Positions 43,795 through 54,680 of a stretch of 57,080 nt of DNA are shown one piece after another (within the stretch, counting starts at the first letter, position 1; every line of letters begins with the position of its first letter). The position numbers and the translations under genes were made by a program. The notes under the pieces were generated by a model. The model saw only the letters and a program-made list of their open reading frames with translations, had not been told where the DNA came from and made no database searches. This DNA is from a virus (taxonomy: Duplodnaviria > Caudoviricetes): positions 1 through 57,080 of the IMG/VR virus record IMGVR_UViG_3300034104_001340; one strand, 5' to 3'.

Positions 43795-46653
43795 ATGGAC
43801 AACTTCGACTTGTTGGAGGCGGTGCAACCAGCCGGGGGGTGGTTCTGCGTCGCTGGTATAGGGGCTGATGGGTCAATCAGGCCCAAGTTTGTAGAGACCC
43901 GGGGAGAGGTTACGCAGGTCGCAGAGCGCCTCATGGCGCAAGGCAGGAACGTATTCTTCGGTGTTGCGAAGTACGCAACGGGTGAGAACCGCACCAAGGA
44001 CAACGTGCTCGCGCTTAAGGCATTCTGGCTGGACATAGACTGCGGCCCGGACAAAGCACTGCTCAACCCCAAGACCGGTAGGCCCGCTGGCTATGCTTCA
44101 CAAGCGGAGGGACTAACTGCGCTGCGTGCGTTTGTGCAGGCGGTCGGGCTCCCCGTGCCTACCTTGGTCAACTCCGGGCGCGGCGTGCATGTGTACTGGC
44201 CGCTGACTGAGGCAGTGTCACGGGAGGACTGGGAGCCTGTAGCTTCTAAGCTACGTGGTCTGTGCAATGCACATAGGTTATACGTTGATGGCTCGGTGTT
44301 TGAAGTATCTCGCATACTGCGAATACCCGGCACGTTGAACTTCAAGGAAGACCCGCCGCTTCCGGTTACTGTACTGAAGGTAGGCAAACCCACGCCGTTG
44401 GAGCATCTCAAGACTGTGCTAGGGGTGGAGGAAGTACCGCAGTTAGCCCGCCCCAAACGTGAGTTAACTGCGCTGGGCAAGGCTATGCAGTCCAACGTAG
44501 AGTCCAACTTCACTACCATAATGCGTAAGTGTGGGAAGGGCGAAGGATGTACTCAGCTACTCAGCTGCTACATGGAGCGGGCTGAGCTTGCCGAGCCACG
44601 GTGGTTCGATGCGTTGTCGATCGCCAAGTTCTGCTCTGACAAGGACACGGCAATACATAAGCTGTCCGAGGGGCACCCCGATTACGACCCCGGGGCAGTG
44701 GAACGTAAGACTATGGGCATCAAGGGCCCACACTCCTGCGCTGAGTTTGAGAAGAACAACCCGGGCGGCTGCGACGGCTGCCCACATTACGGCAAGCTCA
44801 CTAGCCCTATCTCACTAGGCAAGACGATCGCACGTAGCGCACCAGAGCCGATTGAAGTAGTGGAGGAGCCTGATGAGGAGAGCGACGAGGAGCCGGTGGT
44901 ACACACGGTGCCGGCCTACCCCGATCCGTTCTTCAGAGGTAAGCATGGCGGGGTGTATTTCCTAAGCCCTTCAGAAGATGACGCTGAGCCGGAGCTGGTG
45001 TACGAGCATGACCTGTATGTCGTGAAGCGTATGCGAGACCCGATTCAGGGTGACGTGGCTTACCTCAAGGTGCACATGCCTATGGATGGGGTGAAGGAGT
45101 TTGTATTGACCAACGTGCAGCTGGCTGACAAGGCCGAGCTGCGTAAGCACTTAGCCGCACAGGGTGTAGTGTGCCCTGAGAAGCGGTTTCAACTACTGGC
45201 AATGTACCTAATGACTGCGGTGCGTGACCTACAACAACGGAAAAAGGCAGAACTCATGAGACTACAATTCGGCTGGGCCGACAAAGACAGCAAGTTCATC
45301 ATAGGAGACCGCGAGATTACCCGCGATGGCATATTCCACAGCCCGGTCTCCCTTAGTACAGCAGACGTAGCGCAGCACATGTTCCCAACCGGTACGCTGG
45401 AGAAGTGGAAAGAGGTGTTCAGTCTCTACGGGCGCGAAGGGCTTGAGCCCCATGCGTTTGCCACGCTCACTGCGTTTGGTGCCCCGCTACTAAAGTTCCT
45501 CGGGCAGAGCGGTGCGATCGTCAACGTCATCCACCCAAGCTCGGGCACTGGCAAGACCACCATCCTGCATATGTGCAACAGCGTCTACGGCCACCCCCAG
45601 AAACTCTGCGCCACGTGGGCAGACACGCTCAACGCCAAGCTGATGAAGCTGGGTCTGCTGAACAACCTGCCGTTCTGCGTGGACGAGATGACCAACATGA
45701 CTCCGCAGGACTTCTCGACACTTGCCTACAGCATGTCACAAGGCAGGGGTAAGGACAGAGTCAAGTCGTCAGCCAACGAGCTGCGCGCCAACCTCACCAC
45801 GTGGGCTACCACATCTTTGTGCAGCTCCAACTCTGCATTTACTGAGAAGATGCTGACCCTCAAGAACAGCCCGGACGGCGAGCTCATGCGCCTGATAGAG
45901 TACAAGATCGAGTTCTCCGGGGCCATCGCAACAGACTTGGCAAAAGAGATGTTCGACCATCAGCTGATGGAAAACTACGGACACGCTGGGGATATCTATG
46001 CTCGCTGGCTTGTATCCAACCTTGAAGAAGCTATGCAGACTTGCCGTGACGTGCAGCGCAAGCTGGACTCTGAGCTGCGCCTGACTCAGCGCGAGCGGTT
46101 CTGGTCCGCAGTGGTTGCCTCCAACATAGCAGGTGGCTTGATAGCCAAGGCACTCGGGCTTATCGACTGGGACATGAAGCGCATCTACGCATGGGCTACC
46201 AGCATGGTGCTTGCACTGCGCACCGAGGTTACGCCGCCTGTATCAGAAGTCAGCTCGGTCGTAGGCGACTTCGTGAACCGCCATATGCAGAACATCGTGG
46301 TAGTCAATGAGCAGACAGATGGACGTGGGGGTATGGCCAAGCTGCAAGCAGCACCGATTCTGGAGCCACGTGGTCCGTTGCTTATCCGCTACGAGCCGGA
46401 CACCAAGCGCATGTATATCAACGCCAAGGCATTCAAGCGCGACTGCGTAGACATGCAGATCAACTACAAGGACACACTAAAGCAGTTGGAGACCAAGGGT
46501 ATCTACCTTGGCGCGGGCACCAAGCGTATGTCGAAGGGCATGAGCGTTGCGTCCCCCGGTGTACATGCCATAGAGCTTGACTGCTCCAACCCGGACTTCA
46601 TCTCGCTGAGCGCACTTATACCGGGACAACCTAGTGTTAGTGGAGCGAGTTAG
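43795..46653 (+). CDS. Primase-helicase (AEP/RepB-like primase, DUF927-like domain, P-loop)
   Basis: WLDID, SGRGVHVYW, RILRIPG, CDGC, FGW, SGTGKTT, VDE. Confidence 0.88.
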   Translation: MDNFDLLEAVQPAGGWFCVAGIGADGSIRPKFVETRGEVTQVAERLMAQGRNVFFGVAKYATGENRTKDNVLALKAFWLDIDCGPDKALLNPKTGRPAGYASQAEGLTALRAFVQAVGLPVPTLVNSGRGVHVYWPLTEAVSREDWEPVASKLRGLCNAHRLYVDGSVFEVSRILRIPGTLNFKEDPPLPVTVLKVGKPTPLEHLKTVLGVEEVPQLARPKRELTALGKAMQSNVESNFTTIMRKCGKGEGCTQLLSCYMERAELAEPRWFDALSIAKFCSDKDTAIHKLSEGHPDYDPGAVERKTMGIKGPHSCAEFEKNNPGGCDGCPHYGKLTSPISLGKTIARSAPEPIEVVEEPDEESDEEPVVHTVPAYPDPFFRGKHGGVYFLSPSEDDAEPELVYEHDLYVVKRMRDPIQGDVAYLKVHMPMDGVKEFVLTNVQLADKAELRKHLAAQGVVCPEKRFQLLAMYLMTAVRDLQQRKKAELMRLQFGWADKDSKFIIGDREITRDGIFHSPVSLSTADVAQHMFPTGTLEKWKEVFSLYGREGLEPHAFATLTAFGAPLLKFLGQSGAIVNVIHPSSGTGKTTILHMCNSVYGHPQKLCATWADTLNAKLMKLGLLNNLPFCVDEMTNMTPQDFSTLAYSMSQGRGKDRVKSSANELRANLTTWATTSLCSSNSAFTEKMLTLKNSPDGELMRLIEYKIEFSGAIATDLAKEMFDHQLMENYGHAGDIYARWLVSNLEEAMQTCRDVQRKLDSELRLTQRERFWSAVVASNIAGGLIAKALGLIDWDMKRIYAWATSMVLALRTEVTPPVSEVSSVVGDFVNRHMQNIVVVNEQTDGRGGMAKLQAAPILEPRGPLLIRYEPDTKRMYINAKAFKRDCVDMQINYKDTLKQLETKGIYLGAGTKRMSKGMSVASPGVHAIELDCSNPDFISLSALIPGQPSVSGAS

Positions 46654-46828
46654 TTACAACATCAACTGGACGGAGTTTAAGGTGGGGGCGTCGTTCTTTG
46701 TCCCCTGCCTTCACCCACCCTCTGCTTGGCAAGAGATGCTCCCCACCCTCAGACGCTTGCGTTACAAAACTGTACACAAGGTAGTCATTGAGGGCGGGGT
46801 GCGAGGCATCCGGGTGTGGCGGGTTTAG
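46634..46828 (+). CDS. Small DNA-binding-like protein
   Basis: FKVGASFFVP...GIRVWR. Confidence 0.65.
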   Translation: MLVERVSYNINWTEFKVGASFFVPCLHPPSAWQEMLPTLRRLRYKTVHKVVIEGGVRGIRVWRV

Positions 46829-49800
46829 TCTTCTCGGAACTCACCGGGGCGCAACATTGGGTACAAGAACGGCGCCAACCTGTCAGTCATATCCACCCCA
46901 AGTATCGACATAGCTCTGACGCGGGCTTTACCATCCACTGACTTGAGTATAGTGTCGTTTTCGATTGGGAAGAACGCATTTACTAGGTTGAACTCTGTTA
47001 TCTCTCGTGCGTACTCCTCCCATGCAGTGCGCTTGGCTGTGTCCAGAGGGGCGTCAACGTAAGCGCGGAGTACACGATCCGCCTTAGCTATAATGCGGTT
47101 GCGCTCCCCCTCTATCTCTTGCTTCATCTGGTTGGCAAGAATACCAGCTTTCTGCAACTCCGCCTCAGTTGTACTCTGGAACCCTAACCCACGGAACAAC
47201 AACTTGGTCGTAGTATAGAACTCACGATCCATGATGACGTCACCTTGGCGCGTGAGCTGCCCTTCTTGGCTTTGGCGGTAGGAGCTGAGTAACCCACGGA
47301 ACATAGCAGGGGAGAGTTTCTCCCACCCGCGCAAGGTCTGCCCCTCCTCGAAGTCGTCCATCGCTGCAGCTATGTTGCTGCCCATTGAGAACAACGGGCC
47401 ACCGAACTTCAACGCAAACGCTTCAAACGCGCCGCGAGCCGTGTCCGAAGGAGTATCATCTGAAAACCACAGCCCGTTCAACTCGGTGGAAACTGCAACG
47501 TTCAAGTCCGTCAGAGCAGATATAGGCCCAAACTCCGCTCCCCGACTAAGCGCCTCTGCTTGTGTGCCGGACAATCCGAGTGCATTGGCAAAGTCGCTCC
47601 CCGGACCGAAGTACTGGTTAAGGAACCAGCTGCGGAACCATAGGTCAGAATTCATCCTACCAAGGGGATTAGATGGGTCGTACAAGTCGCGGAAGGCTTC
47701 CATGTCATCATCGTCTTCCATGTCAGCGCGAAGTGATTCTTTATAGGCGTCGAGTAGCCCCATCATGGCCCCGTACAACGGCAAACCAGTCGCACCAGCA
47801 AACAGCGCAGTCATCCCGACCGTACCAAACAGCAGCTGCGCGCTCTCTTTACGCGTACTACCCGGGCTGGCTTTAATCAGCCCCCACGAGTTGCGTATCA
47901 AGTACGACGTCATCTGCAGTGGGAACGTCATGAACTGAAACGCTATGCGACCCAACGGCGCCCGGAATAGACTAGGCTTATTGAACTGGGAGTAGTTGAA
48001 CAGGCCTTCTTTGATGAGCTTTTCGGCCTCTACCACGGCACTGCGGAACGCGTCCTTGGGGTCCATCTTCTTGGCGATAGCTGCGTCATAGGCGAGCTCA
48101 AACGCTGACATGCCCATAACCTCACGCGCCAGTCGCTCCGTGTGATGGAACAACCCAGACATAAAGTTAGTGACAGTGCGTAAGCTGAACAGCCCGTCTT
48201 GACTTGCTGTGGGGGCTCGACCGCGTTCGGTAAGGTCGCTGATGTACGTCTGCATGTATACACCGCGATTCTCCAACTCCTCCCACGCGTCTGCCAATAC
48301 CTTACGCTTGTTGGCGTCGGGGTTCTTCGTGATGTAGTCGGAGTTCTGTATGGACGGCGCGCCCCACTCGGTGACAACCCTGCCGTTTTGGTCAGACCGC
48401 GTAGTGCTCAAGGTCTTGAACACATTCAGGTGCTTAACTGCCATGGCCATGGACTTACCCCAGCCGTACTTGCGGGCCAACACAGGTAATCCTACGATCG
48501 GCAGCTGCGTGAACTGAATCAACGCCGTCTTAGGGGACGTCATCATGTAGTAGAACACCAGCTTGTTACCCATCGAGGCAAACTGATCTACGATGTCATC
48601 GGGAGAAGCAGGGTTCATCTCTAGCTGCACCCTACGGCGTACCTCATTTACGACGGTCTGCAAGCGCATGTCGTCCTCACCGCGCCCTTTTAGCTCGCCT
48701 TGCGCGCTGGAGAGCGCCAACTCGATAGCGTCACGGTACTTGAGCCGCGCCAACTGGTTTATCGCCGTAGTCTGAGTGGAGGCGTAGTTGCGCAAGGCGT
48801 CAGTGTTAAAGCCTGTCTTAGCCTTACGGCGGATGAACCTGCGCCGCATGGAGGAGTCGGGCAGTGTATACAGGTAAAGCTGGTACACATCACTTTTCAG
48901 CTGGGCTACGTCCTGCGTGCCGCCTTTGCCGATGAGATCGAATATGTTTTTCAACATGCTACTGGATGCAGTACCTGTGGCGGACTCTTTGCGCAAAGAC
49001 TCCAGATCATTACCGCGATCCATTTCCTCATCGGTCAACAACTCACCAAGGGTCTTACCCTGCTCGCGGGCCAACCGCTTGGCAAACACGTCCCGATCTA
49101 CACCAGACTCGAACATGTAGAACGCACCCTTTTTCCCCTTACCCACCCGCAGCCAGTAGTTGCCGTAACGAACCAGCGGGAAGTACACCCCGATCTTCTT
49201 GGCTTCAGCAAAGTCCGCGTTGATTTTAGCCAGCAACTGCGACTTGCCCGCAGCATCCATGGAAGAGTTTGCGATCATCTGCTCAAGTGTAGCGAGGCTT
49301 TCATCCAACATACGGACGTAGTCATCCCGCGCCATCTGGAATATCTCGATGCCGCGCTTGCCGCCCTGCTTCTCCAGTTTATCCTTCAGCTGGTACACAA
49401 ACTTGAAGTCGTTCTCACGCTTGGTGATGTTGCCTTTGACCACAGCTTTCTGCGCTTTGGACAGTGTGGGGTCCTGCAGCTTCTTCTGTAACTTATCCAT
49501 CTCCTCGTCGGCAGCAAGGGCGGCGGTAATCGTCGTATGCACCGTAGGGTCCGCGTTCAGTAGTGTAGTGGCGTACATCAAGTTTCCCAGTGTGCGCCCC
49601 GCTTCTGGCTTTTCTTTCTGCCACGTAGCCCACCCGTTGACCCGCTCAAACAACCCACGCATCTCCTTGTTACGGAACGCGTGCATATCATCCACGCGGT
49701 CAGGTACGTTCTTGAGATTATTGAGCCTATTTCCTGCGATACGGATAACATCGTCAGTGGTGAACACCCGCAGGATAGCGTTGAGGGAGCCGACTGCAAT

Positions 49801-52800
49801 GTTGTCAAACCTGCTAGTGAGTTTGTCCAGCACTTCGTTCTTACCCTTGCGCGTACCGTTAATGCCCGCGCCTATGGCAGAGGTAGACTCCGTAGCGCTT
49901 CTGGACTTGAGAAACTTGTCTTGCACAGCGTCCTGCTTGGTTTGCTTTCTGCTCGCGGCGGCAACAACGCTGGCGGGTATATCAGCCTCCGCAGCTATAA
50001 GTAGTTCGTCAGTGAGCACGATAAGATCGGCAAACGCATTGTTGCTGTCACCACCAAGACCGAAAAGCCTGCGCAGCAGCCGCACAAACGACGATAGCAT
50101 ACTGGGGCTATCCGGCGTGCCAATACCCGTGGGGGAGTCAATACTAAGCAGTATGCGCTGCATAGCCGGGTGGGTCATGCCGTACGTAACGAACTCGCGG
50201 GGGTCACTGAACGCCCCAACCTCAAAGAACGCTTTCTCCGCATCCGTAGCAGTGCCGGACAGAATTTTGTTTTTTACGTGCGTGGCAGCGTGAGCCCTGA
50301 GCGCCATGAAGTCATCAAGCACAGCACGCTGCGCTTCTGTTAGCGACTCAGGGCTGTCGTAGTACTGCTCAATCAAGCCAATCGTCGCTGCGTGCAGGGC
50401 TTCGTGCAGGAAAGTCAGGTTGTCTACGCCTTCTTCACCGGCAATGTTGTTCAGGTAAATGACTCTACGCCCATCACTCAGTACAGCGTACAGGCCGGCA
50501 GCATTGATGCCATCACCGGCAAACTCCGTCCGGGCTTCTTCCGGTATAACGCTAGGGTCAGTGACAATAACCAGCTCTACGCCACGCAGGAACTGCTTGA
50601 GCCTGTTAGCCAAGGCTCGTTCAAACTTATTGCCAGTGCGGGCTATGCTGTCTACCGCCTGCGTGGCGCTGCGCAAAGTAAGCAGTGTGGGGTTGGGCTC
50701 TGCACTAGCAGCTATAGGGATGCGATCTGCGCGGGCTGCTTTGCCCTTGGTGCGCGCCTTAGTTGCCTTTTTAGTCTCTAGAGTCTCGATGGACGTAAGT
50801 TCTTTGGCTCGCGCTTGGGCTGTAGTGCGCTCTTTATCAGTAACTGAAGGATGCGCAATCGTCTCTTGTGCAAGCTTACCTGCTTTAGTTTTGGCCTGTG
50901 GGTCTTGCTTCTGGATGCGGTACGCGTTGGCCAACCCAACACTGCGTTTATCGCGGGCTTCTATTACTGCCGTTGGAGTCGGGTCTGCAGCTACGTCTGC
51001 CTGCACAAACTTAAGCGCATTCGTAGCCGCATCAGTGCGCTCTTTAACAGCCCGCTTCGCGGCGTTAGCTTTATCCTCGACGGGTGCAGCTTCTGGTTGT
51101 GCCTCGTTTGCCGGGGCTACCGCCTCTGTACGACGGAACCCCTGCTTTACTACTGTGACCTTGGGTTGCGCTGGGCCTGCAGGTGCTGGCTTTGCTTTGC
51201 CTTTTAAGGTGAGCTTAGCTCTAGGCGCTGTGACTTCTGGTGCAGTGGGAGTTTCATCTACAACCTGCGTAGAGATAGTAGCTTCCGTAGGGGTTGACAC
51301 CTCAGCTGCTGGTGCGACTTCAGTGGCAGCGGGCTTCTTGGCCCGAGTGCGTTTTTTAGGCGTCGTAGCTTCTGGGGTAACCGGCGCTGCCTCCTGTACA
51401 CTTTCCGGCGTTTCTTCGACACGCTCTACAGTCGTGTCTACGGTGGCTTCACGTGCAGCGCCCTCGGCTTCGCTGCGCTCCACTTCTCTCCTCAGTGTAT
51501 CTAGCTCTTCTTGCGGGGTAGGCCCAGCTGGCGCCGTTGGTGTAGCAGGTGCAGCTTCTTCTGCTGCAACGTCTTCCTCCGCAGCGGCGCGTATGGCATC
51601 AGCTTCTTCTTGGGCGGCGGCTACGCGGAGTGCTTCCGACACATCCTCATCGGCCATATCTGGTGCAGCTGGTGCGACTTCGGGTTTTGCGGTAGGGGGA
51701 GTTTCAGCTGTAGGTGCTTCCTCCTCCACGTCTTCTTCGTCCCTAGCTTGCGCACGAGCCCTGAAGTCCGCAGCGATATCGGTCATCCCAAGTGCTTCTG
51801 CGTCGTTTGCCAAATCATCCAGCGCGTCCGCACTGCTTGGGCCCGTACCTTCCGACTCTACCTCAAGCGCACGTCGCGCACGTCCCGGCTCCGTAACTCC
51901 GGCAACTCCACCTAGTCCAGCAGCTGCAAGGCCTTCGAGCGCCGCCGCCCCAGCTACCCCGCGCATGGTGGGTACGTCGATGCCTTCACGCTGCAGCGCT
52001 ACGTTTGCTGCGTACTGTTCTTGCCCGCCTTGAGCAGCCTCTGTAGCAGTTTCAGCAGCCGCAGTGGTAAGGCCCTGACGCACTCGACCGCGCCCAGCCA
52101 TCTCAACCATTTCTCGCCGGGTCTGTGCTGCTACCGCATCTTTGGCGGCAGCGCGGCTTGCTGCTTTACCTATGGTGGTGCGGAGCAGCGAAGGCTCAAG
52201 ACCGGTACGTGAAGCAAGCGCACCCAAGGCGGTGCCGCTAAGAATGAGCCCGAGGTTTTCCCCACCGTAGGATTGCGCTTCTTCAGCCACTTGTGCAGCT
52301 TGCTCTTCAGGCACGCCGGCTTTGGTAAGCTCCTCTTTGACCGCATCATAGATGGAGCTTTTAACCACACCAGTACCTTGGGCGGCACCAAGTCCAAGCG
52401 TAGCGGCGGTGGCAGCAAGAACTGGAGCTGCAGGGGCAAGATAAGTAGCACCAATACCGCCCAAAATAGCGGGGACTGCAGTGCCCAAAGCTTGGGTGGT
52501 AAAATCAAGCGGTGCGACCATGAAAGCTTTTGCGGCGGCTTTGACCTGCTCACCAAGCCCAGCGTCCTCTACTTCGGCCATGATGCGGGCAACTTCTTGT
52601 GAGTCCTGCTTGGACTGCGCCGACATCAAATCACCGAGGTAGTCCTCCGCTCCACGCAGTGCTGTGGACACACCAGACTCTGCACCAAAGACGTCAGAGA
52701 CAAGCCTTGTGCCAGTTACGGCCCCACGGGCTAAGCCGAGCGGGAGGTCAAGGGTCTCGCGCAGTAGGTTGGATTCTACTTGAGGCTCGGGAGGCGTGTA

Positions 52801-52950
52801 GGTAGACAGGAACGCTGCTACTTCTTCTGGTTTATACCCAGACTCCAGCGCTGTCTGCACGTTGAAGTTGTACTGCTGCCCGAGAAACTCCGCGATCTCG
52901 GCATCGGAGTACCCAACGCTTTTTGCTTTAGCGTAGTCGAACTGCGCCAT
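46825..52950 (-). CDS. Large polyvalent/internal virion (ejection) protein
   Basis: 2041 aa; zincin motif LHEALH, YFPLVRYG (PLxRFG-like), Ala/Gly-rich hydrophobic N-terminal helices, Pro/Glu/Ala linker. Confidence 0.82.
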   Translation of the reverse strand: MAQFDYAKAKSVGYSDAEIAEFLGQQYNFNVQTALESGYKPEEVAAFLSTYTPPEPQVESNLLRETLDLPLGLARGAVTGTRLVSDVFGAESGVSTALRGAEDYLGDLMSAQSKQDSQEVARIMAEVEDAGLGEQVKAAAKAFMVAPLDFTTQALGTAVPAILGGIGATYLAPAAPVLAATAATLGLGAAQGTGVVKSSIYDAVKEELTKAGVPEEQAAQVAEEAQSYGGENLGLILSGTALGALASRTGLEPSLLRTTIGKAASRAAAKDAVAAQTRREMVEMAGRGRVRQGLTTAAAETATEAAQGGQEQYAANVALQREGIDVPTMRGVAGAAALEGLAAAGLGGVAGVTEPGRARRALEVESEGTGPSSADALDDLANDAEALGMTDIAADFRARAQARDEEDVEEEAPTAETPPTAKPEVAPAAPDMADEDVSEALRVAAAQEEADAIRAAAEEDVAAEEAAPATPTAPAGPTPQEELDTLRREVERSEAEGAAREATVDTTVERVEETPESVQEAAPVTPEATTPKKRTRAKKPAATEVAPAAEVSTPTEATISTQVVDETPTAPEVTAPRAKLTLKGKAKPAPAGPAQPKVTVVKQGFRRTEAVAPANEAQPEAAPVEDKANAAKRAVKERTDAATNALKFVQADVAADPTPTAVIEARDKRSVGLANAYRIQKQDPQAKTKAGKLAQETIAHPSVTDKERTTAQARAKELTSIETLETKKATKARTKGKAARADRIPIAASAEPNPTLLTLRSATQAVDSIARTGNKFERALANRLKQFLRGVELVIVTDPSVIPEEARTEFAGDGINAAGLYAVLSDGRRVIYLNNIAGEEGVDNLTFLHEALHAATIGLIEQYYDSPESLTEAQRAVLDDFMALRAHAATHVKNKILSGTATDAEKAFFEVGAFSDPREFVTYGMTHPAMQRILLSIDSPTGIGTPDSPSMLSSFVRLLRRLFGLGGDSNNAFADLIVLTDELLIAAEADIPASVVAAASRKQTKQDAVQDKFLKSRSATESTSAIGAGINGTRKGKNEVLDKLTSRFDNIAVGSLNAILRVFTTDDVIRIAGNRLNNLKNVPDRVDDMHAFRNKEMRGLFERVNGWATWQKEKPEAGRTLGNLMYATTLLNADPTVHTTITAALAADEEMDKLQKKLQDPTLSKAQKAVVKGNITKRENDFKFVYQLKDKLEKQGGKRGIEIFQMARDDYVRMLDESLATLEQMIANSSMDAAGKSQLLAKINADFAEAKKIGVYFPLVRYGNYWLRVGKGKKGAFYMFESGVDRDVFAKRLAREQGKTLGELLTDEEMDRGNDLESLRKESATGTASSSMLKNIFDLIGKGGTQDVAQLKSDVYQLYLYTLPDSSMRRRFIRRKAKTGFNTDALRNYASTQTTAINQLARLKYRDAIELALSSAQGELKGRGEDDMRLQTVVNEVRRRVQLEMNPASPDDIVDQFASMGNKLVFYYMMTSPKTALIQFTQLPIVGLPVLARKYGWGKSMAMAVKHLNVFKTLSTTRSDQNGRVVTEWGAPSIQNSDYITKNPDANKRKVLADAWEELENRGVYMQTYISDLTERGRAPTASQDGLFSLRTVTNFMSGLFHHTERLAREVMGMSAFELAYDAAIAKKMDPKDAFRSAVVEAEKLIKEGLFNYSQFNKPSLFRAPLGRIAFQFMTFPLQMTSYLIRNSWGLIKASPGSTRKESAQLLFGTVGMTALFAGATGLPLYGAMMGLLDAYKESLRADMEDDDDMEAFRDLYDPSNPLGRMNSDLWFRSWFLNQYFGPGSDFANALGLSGTQAEALSRGAEFGPISALTDLNVAVSTELNGLWFSDDTPSDTARGAFEAFALKFGGPLFSMGSNIAAAMDDFEEGQTLRGWEKLSPAMFRGLLSSYRQSQEGQLTRQGDVIMDREFYTTTKLLFRGLGFQSTTEAELQKAGILANQMKQEIEGERNRIIAKADRVLRAYVDAPLDTAKRTAWEEYAREITEFNLVNAFFPIENDTILKSVDGKARVRAMSILGVDMTDRLAPFLYPMLRPGEFRED

Positions 52951-52963
52951 GCGTTACGTACTC

Positions 52964-54664
52964 CTACTGTTTGAACATAGACTCTAGGGGCGGTCTTTGC
53001 CCTTGCGGCACTGTGCTTTGGTCCTGCTCTGGGTCCATACCCGCCGCTATCAGGAGCGCTTTGTACTGCCTGTTAGTCTCTGTATCTATCTCTTGGCTAG
53101 TAGGCCTAAAATTACCTTGGCCACTAAGGTATTCAAGCGCGCTCTCCTGCGCCTGAGTGCGGAGGTCTGTAAGAAGCGTAGACTCCTGTAGGGGGAGCCG
53201 CGTACCAGCAGCTGCCCGTGACTGTGCCATTGCGTTGGCTTGGATATACTCACGCGCCTTAAATCTAGCCTCCACTTCCGACATCTCGGGGTTCTCTGCC
53301 ATGAAGTAATTAACATAGTCGTCAACCGTCAGTGCAGTGTCAGTCGGACGCTGCTGGTTTTGACTCTGGACCCTAGCCACGGCCAACTGATTCTCGCGGC
53401 TCAACCTTGCCTGCTCGTCTTCGGACGCCATCTTCTCGCGCTCCAACTGCAGCGTCTCGATGTTTTTAAGCGTCTGAGTCATCTCATCTCTAATACGGGC
53501 GTCACGAGCTTGAATGCCTGAGCCACCACCCAGCAGCGTTGCACCAAGGTTAGTACCACCACTTGCGCCAGCACCCTGCAGGAACGCAATCAACGCACCG
53601 AGCTTGTCCGTCTCCTCTGCCTCAAGGCGAGCCAGCTGGGCTTCATAGCGGCTCATGCGTGGGTCTTGGGGTGCTTCGCGTTGTGCAGTGCGCATCGGGG
53701 TTACATCTTCCCCGAGCATGGAGGCTAGGTCTTGGTCAGTGCCTTGGCGCATAGGAGCCACACGGGGTGCGACAAGGGCCCCAAGTCCTGCGGAGGGCTC
53801 CTCTCTGCTACGCGCAAGTGACGCATCGGGACCAAGGGGTGTATAGGGCCTCTGCGCCGGGGGCTCCTCTCTGCTACGCGCAAGTGAAGCATCGGGACCA
53901 AGGGGTGTATACGGAGCTCGCGGGGTACTGCCGATACGATCCATCTGCGCTCGCAGCTCAGCTATATTAGCCGGGGGGTTAGCCCCCTCCCTGCGCTCAT
54001 CAAATCGACGAAGCGCATCCATAGACACGGGGATATCGCGGGCGGGAGTGCCTTCGCTTAAAACAGACGCAACCCCAGTTGGGGCTTCACTGGGCATGTT
54101 ACGGACGTTCATGGTACTGCGCAGTACGTTCTGCGCACTGGCGGGGTCTTGCGCTAGAGCCCTTGCCTCTTCTTCGGCCAAGCCAGCAGCTCTAAGCTCT
54201 TGCTCCAACCGGCGACGCTCATCAAACGCACGCAGTGCATTCATGGAGTACGGGACTTCTTTCGCCTGTACATCCCCACCCGGTGCATAACCAACAATCC
54301 CACCGCGAGCCATGCCGACCATGTTAGGTGCGGGCTGGGATGCTACACCACCACCCATAGCTTGCTGCATCTGCTGTGCTTGCATCATCTGACCTTGCTG
54401 CTGGAGACCCGGAGCGAGCGAAGCTGCTACTTCCTGCTTGGTAGCCTGCATCATCTGGCCTTCGAGCTGGTCCTTCACGGTGCCGGACTCAGGCTGCATC
54501 TGCATCTGCAGACTACGCTGCGCAGCTTCCTTGTCCTTCTTCAGCTTCTGCAAGGCGAGCAGGTCCAGCAAATCTTGATTCATGGCGTAACGCTGCTGGA
54601 GCCCCTGCGGGTTCGCAGCAAACATATCAGCGCGGGAGTTTACGAGGGAGTCGATGCCTGCCAT
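52964..54664 (-). CDS. Internal virion protein
   Basis: Start moved to MAGIDSL (54664); Gln/Met-rich; MARGGIVGYAPGG; internal repeats. Confidence 0.72.
   Translation of the reverse strand: MAGIDSLVNSRADMFAANPQGLQQRYAMNQDLLDLLALQKLKKDKEAAQRSLQMQMQPESGTVKDQLEGQMMQATKQEVAASLAPGLQQQGQMMQAQQMQQAMGGGVASQPAPNMVGMARGGIVGYAPGGDVQAKEVPYSMNALRAFDERRRLEQELRAAGLAEEEARALAQDPASAQNVLRSTMNVRNMPSEAPTGVASVLSEGTPARDIPVSMDALRRFDERREGANPPANIAELRAQMDRIGSTPRAPYTPLGPDASLARSREEPPAQRPYTPLGPDASLARSREEPSAGLGALVAPRVAPMRQGTDQDLASMLGEDVTPMRTAQREAPQDPRMSRYEAQLARLEAEETDKLGALIAFLQGAGASGGTNLGATLLGGGSGIQARDARIRDEMTQTLKNIETLQLEREKMASEDEQARLSRENQLAVARVQSQNQQRPTDTALTVDDYVNYFMAENPEMSEVEARFKAREYIQANAMAQSRAAAGTRLPLQESTLLTDLRTQAQESALEYLSGQGNFRPTSQEIDTETNRQYKALLIAAGMDPEQDQSTVPQGQRPPLESMFKQ
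53795..53911. repeat. 51-bp intragenic direct repeat
   Basis: 53795-53845 versus 53861-53911, one mismatch; encodes YTPLGPDASLARSREEP twice. Confidence 0.9.
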
Positions 54665-54680
54665 GTTATTTAGTCTCTTA

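Noticed and set aside
50459-52033. 524-aa plus-strand ORF
   Set aside because: Antisense shadow of the Ala/Pro/Glu-rich linker of the 2041-aa gene.
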